Shown: positions 19,867 to 27,591 of the stretch, one piece after another
Layout: every line of letters starts with the position of its first letter
How positions within the stretch are numbered: the first letter of the stretch is position 1
Source of the DNA: Spirochaetia bacterium
GTDB lineage: Bacteria > Spirochaetota > Spirochaetia > SP-2023
DNA: 64,000 bases
Direction: 5' to 3'
Assembly (NCBI GenBank): GCA_965225855.1
Contig: CBDDCK010000005.1
Coordinates: 1,824,001 to 1,888,000, forward strand
The notes under the pieces: generated by a model
What the model was told of the DNA's origin: nothing
The model's input: the letters and a program-made list of their open reading frames with translations, nothing else
The model's database searches: none
Translations under genes and position numbers: made by a program

Positions 19867-19893
19867 TTGACGCAACACCCCCCCTAGCAAAAT
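19867..19893 (+). promoter_or_regulatory. Putative sigma70 promoter of lipoprotein copy 1 with C7 tract in the spacer
   Basis: TTGACG-caacaCCCCCCCtag-CAAAAT (15-bp spacer), preceded by phased A-tracts. Confidence 0.5.
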
Positions 19894-19956
19894 GGGGCAC
19901 TGTACACTAGCCCGTATGGGTTGGCTAATCTTTATCCATTTTTGGAGGTATTGCTT

Positions 19957-21684
19957 ATGTATAAGCTCAAACTATTTTTATTGCCAGTAGCCTGGCTACT
20001 GGCCTTTATGGCCTTGGCCTGCGCCCCGCCCGATGACGATGATCGATCTTCTGCGCCGTCTAAGCCGACTATCAATAACGCCATCTACGACTTTGCTACG
20101 GCTCTGTTAACCGTACAAGGTTCTAACTTAAGTCCTACAGAAGCGCAAATCCAAACCATCGTAGTAGATGGCGTAGCCTTCAGTTCCTATACTGCAGATG
20201 ACGATGCCACTGGGCCAGATAATAGCAATCTGGCAAAAGGTAAGTACCGTATTAAAAGCGATGGCACAAAGCTTTGGCTTAGACTTACCGATCAACATAA
20301 AGCTGCTCTTCAGACCAAGTTGGGTAGCAATGGTCTAAAAAAAGGGTTGCTTACTAGCTCTGGTGCTTGGGCAGGTTTAAATACACCTAAAGACTTGGAC
20401 GTTAGTAATGTACCCGAAAATAAGCAGTCTAAAGTATCCGATGACAATCAGCCATCTAAGCAAACTGAAGAAGCTGAACAAGCTGAACAAGTCGAACAAG
20501 CTGAAGAGGAGTCGCGTAAACTACCCGAAGCCGAACAAGCTGAAGAAGAGTCGCCTAAGCAACCTAAAGACGAACAAGTCGAACAAGTCGAAGAGGAGTC
20601 GCCTAAAGCTGCAATTACCGGTGCAAGCTACCATGTTGGCACGGCGCTGTTAACTTTACAAGGTACTGACTTAGGTAGTGCGACCCAAGCCCAAATCCAA
20701 ACCATCGTGGTAGATGGCGTAGCCTTAAGTTCCTATACTGCCACAGCCACTGGGGCAGATAGTCGCGGTCTTGCAAAAGGTAAGTACCGTATTAAAAACG
20801 ATGGCACAGCGCTTTGGCTTTACCTTACCGATGACGATAAAGATGCTCTGAATGGCAAGACAGGTATGGATAGCAATGGTCTAAAAGATGGGTTGCTTAC
20901 TAGCACTGGTGCTTGGGCGGGTTTAGATACAGCCAAACCCTTAACCGTTAGTGGAAACCCCGCACCCGCAATTACCCGTGCAACCTATGATGTAAATAGA
21001 GGCGTGTTAGTGATTACAGGTACTAATTTACCGACAACAGTTGCAGAATGGGACTTTAGCAAATTGACACTTGTATCCGGTGATCGTACTAATAGATTGA
21101 CATTACCTCGGTTCATATTAGGTATAAGCAAAGCCACAGGTTCTGCAGTAAGTGCAACAAGCTTAACGATTACTTTAAGCGGTAGTGTAAAAGACAAAGC
21201 CGATGCTATATTGGTTAACGATGGTGTTCGTGATGAGTTTGGTGCATACAACCTGGAAGCAGCAGCAGGATTTGCCGGTGGTAGCGCTGAAGACACAACC
21301 AACCCGATTACCGTTAGTGGGTATACCATCATCAACGCATCATACAGCGCTAATACAGGCGAGTTAACTATTTATGGTAGAGGTTTACCAACAACAATTG
21401 CAGAGTGGGACTTTAGCAAATTGACGATTGTATCCCGTGATGGTAGTAAGAGATACACATTACCACGGCACTCAACTGTAGGCGCAAACAGAGCCACAGG
21501 TACTGTAGCAGCTATAAAAGGCTTAAAGATTACTTTAAGCGGTAGTGTAAAACAGAAAGCCGAAGCTATAATGCAGGAGCGTTTTCGTATATACAAATTT
21601 GAAGCAGCAGCAGGATTTGTACCTGGTAGTCCAGAAGACCCAACAGTTATTCTTACTAGTACTATTACTAGGCGTTCTAAGTAA
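19957..21684 (+). CDS. Repeat-domain surface lipoprotein, copy 1 (domain order A-linker-A-B-B')
   Basis: RBS GGAGGT then ATG 19957; lipobox LAFMALA-C; beta-rich repeats starting ITxAxY...LLT/GVLVITG; acidic EQA linker. Confidence 0.85.
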   Translation: MYKLKLFLLPVAWLLAFMALACAPPDDDDRSSAPSKPTINNAIYDFATALLTVQGSNLSPTEAQIQTIVVDGVAFSSYTADDDATGPDNSNLAKGKYRIKSDGTKLWLRLTDQHKAALQTKLGSNGLKKGLLTSSGAWAGLNTPKDLDVSNVPENKQSKVSDDNQPSKQTEEAEQAEQVEQAEEESRKLPEAEQAEEESPKQPKDEQVEQVEEESPKAAITGASYHVGTALLTLQGTDLGSATQAQIQTIVVDGVALSSYTATATGADSRGLAKGKYRIKNDGTALWLYLTDDDKDALNGKTGMDSNGLKDGLLTSTGAWAGLDTAKPLTVSGNPAPAITRATYDVNRGVLVITGTNLPTTVAEWDFSKLTLVSGDRTNRLTLPRFILGISKATGSAVSATSLTITLSGSVKDKADAILVNDGVRDEFGAYNLEAAAGFAGGSAEDTTNPITVSGYTIINASYSANTGELTIYGRGLPTTIAEWDFSKLTIVSRDGSKRYTLPRHSTVGANRATGTVAAIKGLKITLSGSVKQKAEAIMQERFRIYKFEAAAGFVPGSPEDPTVILTSTITRRSK

Positions 21685-21720
21685 GTAAGGTTTGGTTGTT
21701 GCAACGCTTGCATTTGAAAA

Positions 21721-21847
21721 TTGCAACCTTGGTAAGTTTTTTAGCAAGGTTGCTTTTACCAATTATAGCCTTGGTATAAAGTATTGTTCCGCATTGGTGC
21801 AATACATCTTTCCGCCTTGGATCAAGGCCTTGATCCAAGGTGGAAAG
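21721..21847. repeat. Palindrome cluster after copy 1 (family C hairpin plus a long near-perfect palindrome); likely terminator region
   Basis: gcaaccttggtaa...ttagcaaggttgc and ctttccgccttggatcaagg|ccttgatccaaggtggaaag. Confidence 0.7.
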
Positions 21848-22156
21848 CTATATCATAGCAAGGCCAAAACCACCAAGCTAAAACGTTGCCATAAAAATTA
21901 AGAGATTCTCTTAATAACTAACAAGAACTTTTTGTAACAAGATAAACTTTGGTCAAGCCTTGCTTGCCTTTTGGGTTGGTACTATGGCTAGCAAGTCGTT
22001 TGATTTTGCGTGCGCCGTTACAATAAGTAGGAGCGCAAAAGGCTGTATATAAAGGAGGAGTTTATTCGTATAAGATTCAGGCATAAGGGATTGTTTTCCT
22101 TGCTGTTTTTCATAAGAATAAAGGTTTGGGCGCAGGGGTTTTTGAGTCTGCGACCG

Positions 22157-22231
22157 TGGACTATACTCACGCCCGAAGAGTTTGCTATAAAAAACCGTAT
22201 AGAAAAGATAGGTACGCCATTAAAAGAGTGT
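22157..22231 (+). pseudogene. Second short fragment of a type IIG R-M enzyme (C-terminal part)
   Basis: Translates as WTILTPEEFAIKNRIEKIGTPLKE, resembling the WxILxxxExxIKxKIExxGTPLKxW segment of Eco57I/TaqI-C-type enzymes. Confidence 0.55.
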
Positions 22232-22333
22232 ATACTGATGAAAAACGGTTGAGATTGATGGCAAAAAGCAAAATATCTAAATATAATTTCAGCCATACCC
22301 CAAGCTTGTATAGATAAGAAGGTATATCAATAC

Positions 22334-23653
22334 ATGGCAATACAAACTATCTTGCAGCGTCTACAGCAACAACAGCAGTACCGCAGTTTAGAAACATTCG
22401 CCAGGCCCGGATCTAACCCTAACCAACAGCTATTGAGCTTTTGTGCCAATGACTACCTAAACCTCTCCCAACATGACGAACTTAAAGCAGCCGCTATCTA
22501 TGCTACCCAACATTACGGTTGCAGTGCCGCTTCATCGCGTCTGCTATCGGGCCACTTAGCCATTCATCAAGAACTAGAACAACGGCTAACAACTTGGTTT
22601 GGCAGTGGCTATCAAGCAGCTTTGAGCTTTGGCAGCGGTTATCTAGCCAACAGCGGTATACTGCAAGCCATATTGCAGTCCAACACCATTGTTCTATGGG
22701 ACCAACTCAATCATGCTAGCCTAATTGATGGCCTACGGCTGGCCAGTAGCACCCATGCTGGCTTGGGCCAAAGCACAATCCAATGGCAACGCTATAAACA
22801 CTGCGATATGCAAGACTTGGAGCACCGCCTACAGAAAATCCAGCAGCAAGCCGAGTCCAAAGCAGAAAGGCCCACTATCTGGCTGCTTACCGATTCTGTA
22901 TTCAGCATGGACGGTGATATTGCACCATTGTTGCAGTTAGCTCAATTATCCCATAAGTACCAATTCCACTGGCTGGTAGATGAAGCCCATGCTGTAGGTA
23001 TTTATGGCCATAAAGGGTCAGGCTTAGTACAAGCCTTAGCACAGAGCATAGCCAAGCCCAAAAACAACAGCCAAGTCAAGCAAAGCTATCGTCTGCCAGA
23101 CTTAGTTACCGCAAATTTTGCCAAAGCCCTGGGAAGCTATGGCGGTTATTGCCTGTGCAGCCATGAATGGAAGGAATACCTAGTAAACTTTTGCCGCAGT
23201 CTCATCTATTCTACCGGCCTACCACCATCTTGCGCTGCTGCTGCCCTCAAGGCAACTGAAATTGTTGAGCGTGAATGTATGGCTCATCAACAGCAAACAC
23301 TGGATTGCTCTATAATAGCTCAAGATGTAAGCCAAGGTGCAGTCAAAGGCTTAGGCGCCCAATTACTACAGAATAGCCACCTATTCCATCAAACCCTACA
23401 AGCGGTAATACCACAGATTAACTTACTACCATTGCAAAGCCCAATAGTCCCAGTAATACTCGGTAATAACCAGCAAGTGCTAGAAGTGGCCAAAGTATTA
23501 CGCGATAGTGGTATCATCGTAAAAGCCATCCGTAGCCCAACCGTACCCAAGGGTAGAGAACGCTTGCGCTTTTCACTAAGCCTAGGCCATCATAAACAGG
23601 ACTTACTGTATTGTGCCAAGGCTATTGGCAATGCCTGTTGGCCAAATCATTAG
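22334..23653 (+). CDS. bioF: 8-amino-7-oxononanoate synthase
   Basis: FCANDYLNL, SGYLAN, NHASLIDG, DSVFSMDGD, DEAHAVG, AKALGSYGG, IRSPTVP. Confidence 0.92.
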   Translation: MAIQTILQRLQQQQQYRSLETFARPGSNPNQQLLSFCANDYLNLSQHDELKAAAIYATQHYGCSAASSRLLSGHLAIHQELEQRLTTWFGSGYQAALSFGSGYLANSGILQAILQSNTIVLWDQLNHASLIDGLRLASSTHAGLGQSTIQWQRYKHCDMQDLEHRLQKIQQQAESKAERPTIWLLTDSVFSMDGDIAPLLQLAQLSHKYQFHWLVDEAHAVGIYGHKGSGLVQALAQSIAKPKNNSQVKQSYRLPDLVTANFAKALGSYGGYCLCSHEWKEYLVNFCRSLIYSTGLPPSCAAAALKATEIVERECMAHQQQTLDCSIIAQDVSQGAVKGLGAQLLQNSHLFHQTLQAVIPQINLLPLQSPIVPVILGNNQQVLEVAKVLRDSGIIVKAIRSPTVPKGRERLRFSLSLGHHKQDLLYCAKAIGNACWPNH

Positions 23654-23699
23654 CCAAGCTGTAGAATAAAATATTAGCGCGAATACATAGGAACACAGT

Positions 23700-24548
23700 A
23701 TGCTTATAAACAAAGTTTTAGTGCGTATTAGTGGTTGGGGTAGTCAATGCCAGATTTTGGACCCTTTATTAGCCCATTGCCCCGAGCTAGCCCACCACAA
23801 AAGGCTTGATCTAGCGTGGCAGGATTTTGTTAGTATTACGGATACCAGCCAACGGCGCCAAGCATTGCTTTACACCTTTGAGCAAAAGTACTTATCATCC
23901 ATTCAAGGGCCGATTCATGGCCAAGGTAAGAACCCAAGTAATCCTGAAAGCCACCTAAGCCATATAAGCCACCAATGGGAAATTGCCGATATGGTGATAC
24001 TTGGGTGGTCCTTAGGTGGCCTATTAGCCTTAGAGCTTAGCTTAGCCATCAATCATCAACAAGCAAACCCCAAAAGGCCACGATTATTGTTATTAAGCCC
24101 CACCGCAGCTATGTGTGGGCCTGCTTTAGTACCCCCTATCATTTTAAAGATGATGCAACAAAAACTAAACCAAGCAAACAATAGCGTGCTACTTGACTTT
24201 GCCGCAAACCTAGGGGATTATCATGGTCATCATGGGGCCGATAAAGAATGGAAGCAATTGTATTTAAAACAAGCTCAAAGCTTTAGCACAGAGCAATTGA
24301 TAGCGGGCTTAACATATTTAAGATCCTGCGATCTTCGGGAGGAACTAGGGGGCTTCCAGAACCCTAGCCTACTGATTAGTGGCACTCATGATAAGATTAT
24401 CCCAGTACAACAAAGCCAAGCTTTAGCCCAATTACTAGGCAATGCAGCGAAACTACAACTATTAGAAGCAGGTGGACATTGTAGTCCATTATTGGCTGGA
24501 GCCCAATGCAAGCAATCCATTAGTGATTTACTACAAAGCCAAAAGTAA
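23700..24548 (+). CDS. bioH: BioH-like alpha/beta hydrolase (pimeloyl-ACP methyl ester esterase)
   Basis: SGWG, GWSLGG nucleophile motif, DLR, G-x-x-D-K-I-I-P, GH; adjacent to bioF. Confidence 0.7.
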   Translation: MLINKVLVRISGWGSQCQILDPLLAHCPELAHHKRLDLAWQDFVSITDTSQRRQALLYTFEQKYLSSIQGPIHGQGKNPSNPESHLSHISHQWEIADMVILGWSLGGLLALELSLAINHQQANPKRPRLLLLSPTAAMCGPALVPPIILKMMQQKLNQANNSVLLDFAANLGDYHGHHGADKEWKQLYLKQAQSFSTEQLIAGLTYLRSCDLREELGGFQNPSLLISGTHDKIIPVQQSQALAQLLGNAAKLQLLEAGGHCSPLLAGAQCKQSISDLLQSQK

Positions 24549-24609
24549 CGATAGATCAACTATAAAAGGAAATAAGGGGGGAAAATACCGACATAGGGTA
24601 TAGATAGAA

Positions 24610-24693
24610 TGCCGGGGACCGGAATCGAACCGGCACGCCCTTACGAGCACGGGATTTTAAGTCCCGGGTGTCTACCAATTCCACCACCCCGGC
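24610..24693 (-). tRNA. tRNA-Leu(TAA)
   Basis: GCCGGGGTGGTGGAATTGGTAGACACCCGGGACTTAAAATCCCG...GGTTCGATTCCGGTCCCCGGCA; long variable arm; CCA not encoded. Confidence 0.97.
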
Positions 24694-24704
24694 ATGTGCA
24701 CAAC

Positions 24705-24734
24705 ATTATAAGCAATCGTAATAAATATTGTCAA
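24705..24734 (-). promoter_or_regulatory. Consensus sigma70 promoter of tRNA-Leu
   Basis: TTGACA (24734-24729), 18 bp, TATAAT (24710-24705). Confidence 0.85.
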
Positions 24735-24739
24735 TAAAA

Positions 24740-24904
24740 ACCCGCAAACGCCGTAGAGTAACTAGAACACTTGAACACCAAAGTCCAAGAATTGGCAGGC
24801 CTGAAATGCATCGGGAAATGGGTATCTCACGTCAGCATACCAAGGCGTGCTGTGCGCTAAAAGCTTAGAGCCAAGAGAATAGGACTCATACGTACGCAGC
24901 AGGT
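24740..24904 (-). ncRNA. ssrS: 6S RNA (SsrS); ends approximate
   Basis: GC-richer non-coding ~165 nt directly downstream of zapA. The 5' ACCTGCTGCGTACGT can pair with the 3' ACGGCGTTTGCGGGT, and a GTTCAAG motif is present. zapA-ssrS linkage is widely conserved. Confidence 0.75.
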
Positions 24905-24919
24905 CAGTACCAGTATACT

Positions 24920-25219
24920 TTATTCACTTAATTGAGGCAATGCTTTTAGCTCCTGTAATAACTCATCAACAAACTTTCCAGCTTCTACACCATCTTCTAG
25001 TAATTTCTTACGTTTAGCACGTTCTATCAAAAGATCGTCTACCAATAGAAAAGCTGTAATAAGGGCCGTTTTTAAAGCATCATTAAGATTTAAAGCATCC
25101 TGCGTTAAAGCAATTTTATGTTCTAAATGCCGAAACACTTGTTCCATATAAGAAAGATCGCTATTGCTGCGCAACTCTATATTACTACCGAGTAGAGAAA
25201 AACTAAATTGATTTTGCAT
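24920..25219 (-). CDS. zapA: Cell division protein ZapA
   Basis: FSLLGSNIELRS...YMEQV...KTALITAFLLVDDL; gene context. Confidence 0.85.
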   Translation of the reverse strand: MQNQFSFSLLGSNIELRSNSDLSYMEQVFRHLEHKIALTQDALNLNDALKTALITAFLLVDDLLIERAKRKKLLEDGVEAGKFVDELLQELKALPQLSE

Positions 25220-25490
25220 AAAGACCTAAATTATATAAGTTATAAATGAATAGAGCATCTAATGATTTTTATTTGCTGGCACGGCTAAAATTTCTAATAG
25301 CAAACTGCTAAAAGATTTCATCATTGGAAGCTTTTTAGAGCAGATTATTCCCCACCCTTTAAGGCGCTATCTATCATTCAAGTATTCTCCGTTAAAGAAG
25401 CAATCCCTGCAGCCAAAGATTCTGAACTTTGAATTTGTGTCATTTGTTTAGCTCTTATACTCTGATTTTTCGCATCATTTATATTCCTAC

Positions 25491-26090
25491 CTACACATGC
25501 TTAACAGACACCGAATCATTATTTTGTGATTTTGTAGGAAAAATCAATTCTTCTGTATCTTCCTTATCTGCAGGTTGTTGTTCAAGGTTTATTGAGCTAA
25601 TTTCCTGTAAATTCGAGTTTTGATGATATAGCTCTAAAAACTGCCGTAAATCAGAGCTTTTCTGCGACTCTAAAACGGGTAGATTCTCCTCGGGAACTAC
25701 AGAATTACTGTTTATATCCGTTGGATTTGCTTCTAGCTTAACTGGGTCTATCTGTTGCTCTACTTGAACATCAGTTTCCAATATTTCTTGTTTTACAAAA
25801 GTATTTGAAGTTTGCGGTATAGACTCTACGTCCAGCTGAAGCTCTTGCAACTCGGTCATCAACTGGTTAAATTCCACTTCTACCAATTGTTGGTTTTGGG
25901 CTAAATCACGGTTTGTTTGGCATACTTGTTCCAAATTCTCCTTATATTCCACCAATTTTTGACACAACACTGTATTTTCTTGCTTTAAAGTATGGTTTTC
26001 TTGCTTTAAAGCATGAATCCGAGTTTCCATCTTTGTTACAGTAGCATTTATAAGCTCCCGAAGTTTCTGCAATTGCACTAGCGAAATCAT
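25491..26090 (-). CDS. ZapB-like coiled-coil protein
   Basis: MISLVQLQKL...ALKQENHTLKQEN coiled coil; between rplT and zapA; RBS GGAGG. Confidence 0.7.
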   Translation of the reverse strand: MISLVQLQKLRELINATVTKMETRIHALKQENHTLKQENTVLCQKLVEYKENLEQVCQTNRDLAQNQQLVEVEFNQLMTELQELQLDVESIPQTSNTFVKQEILETDVQVEQQIDPVKLEANPTDINSNSVVPEENLPVLESQKSSDLRQFLELYHQNSNLQEISSINLEQQPADKEDTEELIFPTKSQNNDSVSVKHV

Positions 26091-26195
26091 CTAACCTCCT
26101 ATACATCGAAAAACAGAATTGATAAAGCTTTGAATAAAAACTACCTTAATCTATCTGACAAGATAATTTTGGCAATTTTACGGAAACAGCACCTA

Positions 26196-26546
26196 CTAAT
26201 GCAGACGGACCTGCTCGACAATAGAATTGAAAGCTTTAGGGTCTTCAATTGCCATATTGGACAAAGCTTTGCGATTGAGCCCGATCTTATTTTTAATAAT
26301 TCCAGTCATAAATTGCGAATAATTTATCCCTTGTTCACGGCAAGCAGCAGAAATCCTAGCAATCCATAAACGACGGAAATCCCGTTTTTTGCGTTTGCGA
26401 TCGCGATAAGCATAAGCACCAGCTTTTGCTGTCGCATCTTTTGCTTGCCTTAAAAGCTTTCCAGGTCTTCCACGAAAACCTTTTGCTCTTTCAAGTACTT
26501 TTTTACGCCGATCTTTGCGGCGTGTACCATCAATAGCTCTTGGCAT
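26196..26546 (-). CDS. rplT: 50S ribosomal protein L20
   Basis: AKGFRG, AYRDRKRKKRDFRRLWIARI. Confidence 0.98.
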   Translation of the reverse strand: MPRAIDGTRRKDRRKKVLERAKGFRGRPGKLLRQAKDATAKAGAYAYRDRKRKKRDFRRLWIARISAACREQGINYSQFMTGIIKNKIGLNRKALSNMAIEDPKAFNSIVEQVRLH

Positions 26547-26588
26547 TTTTTATAACTCCAATAAAACAAAATCAAATCCAATAATTCC

Positions 26589-26786
26589 TTAGCTATAAGG
26601 CATCATCTGCCGAGCTCTTGCAAACTCGACTTTATCGACAACAGAGCCTTTGCGCAGCCGCCTTTTGCGTTTTGCAGATTTCTTTGTCAATATATGGCGC
26701 AGACCTTGTTTCTTTATAACTATTTTACCTGAACCAGTTACCTTATAACGGGAAGCAGCCGCCTTCCGAGTCTTCATTTTCGGCAT
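26589..26786 (-). CDS. rpmI: 50S ribosomal protein L35
   Basis: MPKMKT...RHILTKKS.KRKRRL. Confidence 0.98.
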   Translation of the reverse strand: MPKMKTRKAAASRYKVTGSGKIVIKKQGLRHILTKKSAKRKRRLRKGSVVDKVEFARARQMMPYS

Positions 26787-26819
26787 ATATAAACCTCTTA
26801 CTTCATATACAAAATCACT

Positions 26820-27371
26820 TTATGATTTCTTCGACTTTTTAGAACTAAGCATCATACTCAATAAACGCCCTTCCATCTTTGGACGAGAGTCTACATTGTA
26901 GCTACCTTCTTCAAGATGGGCAATAACCTTATTTAAAACGTTATCTCCCAAATATTCTGTATGGGCTAATTCCCTCCCTCTAAAGCGCACTGTTACTTTC
27001 ACTTTAGAGCCTTCTTCCAGGAATTCTTGAATTTGGCGAGTCTTAAATACAATATCGTGTTGGTCAATTTTCGGCTGCATTCGTATTTCTTTTAGCTTTA
27101 TCTGATGTTGCTGCTTCTTTTGTTCTCGCTGCCTTTTTTCTTGCTCAAACTTGAATTTGCCATAGTCAATAATCTTACATACAGGCGGCCTAGCTTGCGG
27201 AGCAACCTCCACAAGGTCTAACCCAGTACGTTCTGCTTGTTGCAATGCTTGGCGAAGGGATACTAACCCAATTTTTTGTTCATCTATACCAATTAGAAAT
27301 ACTTCTTGTGCTTTTATTTGGCGATTGGTAGCCAAATCCTTCTTCTTAACATTTGCAGACAAAAATAACAA
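26820..27371 (-). CDS. infC: Translation initiation factor IF-3 (non-ATG start: TTG at 27371 or 27362)
   Basis: LDLVEVAP.A.PPVCKIIDYGKF, KVKVTVRFRGRE. Confidence 0.97.
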   Translation of the reverse strand: MLFLSANVKKKDLATNRQIKAQEVFLIGIDEQKIGLVSLRQALQQAERTGLDLVEVAPQARPPVCKIIDYGKFKFEQEKRQREQKKQQHQIKLKEIRMQPKIDQHDIVFKTRQIQEFLEEGSKVKVTVRFRGRELAHTEYLGDNVLNKVIAHLEEGSYNVDSRPKMEGRLLSMMLSSKKSKKS

Positions 27372-27525
27372 CCTTTATATTGTGACCAGCTATAAAAATG
27401 CCACAATGATAATTCATATATAATATCTATACTGGATAATAATTAACCTAAGCGTTTAACGATATTAGAACACAATTATGTAAAAACTATATGTTTTTGT
27501 CTAGCACCTTTTAGCTTGGTTGTAC

Positions 27526-27555
27526 CAGCCTTGATAAAAAAACTTACCAAGGCTG
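27526..27555. repeat. Family C hairpin downstream of lipoprotein copy 2
   Basis: cagccttgataa-aaaaac-ttaccaaggctg. Confidence 0.7.
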
Positions 27556-27591
27556 AAACAACTAAGCATTGCTTACCGCAACAACAAAACC

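Noticed and set aside
19921..19956. Upstream TTG starts given by the ORF track for the lipoproteins (19921, 29772, 32473)
   Set aside because: A GGAGGT RBS precedes the downstream ATG in all three, giving a normal-length signal peptide.
24610..24693. tRNA-Leu as an island attachment site
   Set aside because: No duplicate of its 3' end and no integrase was found in the window.
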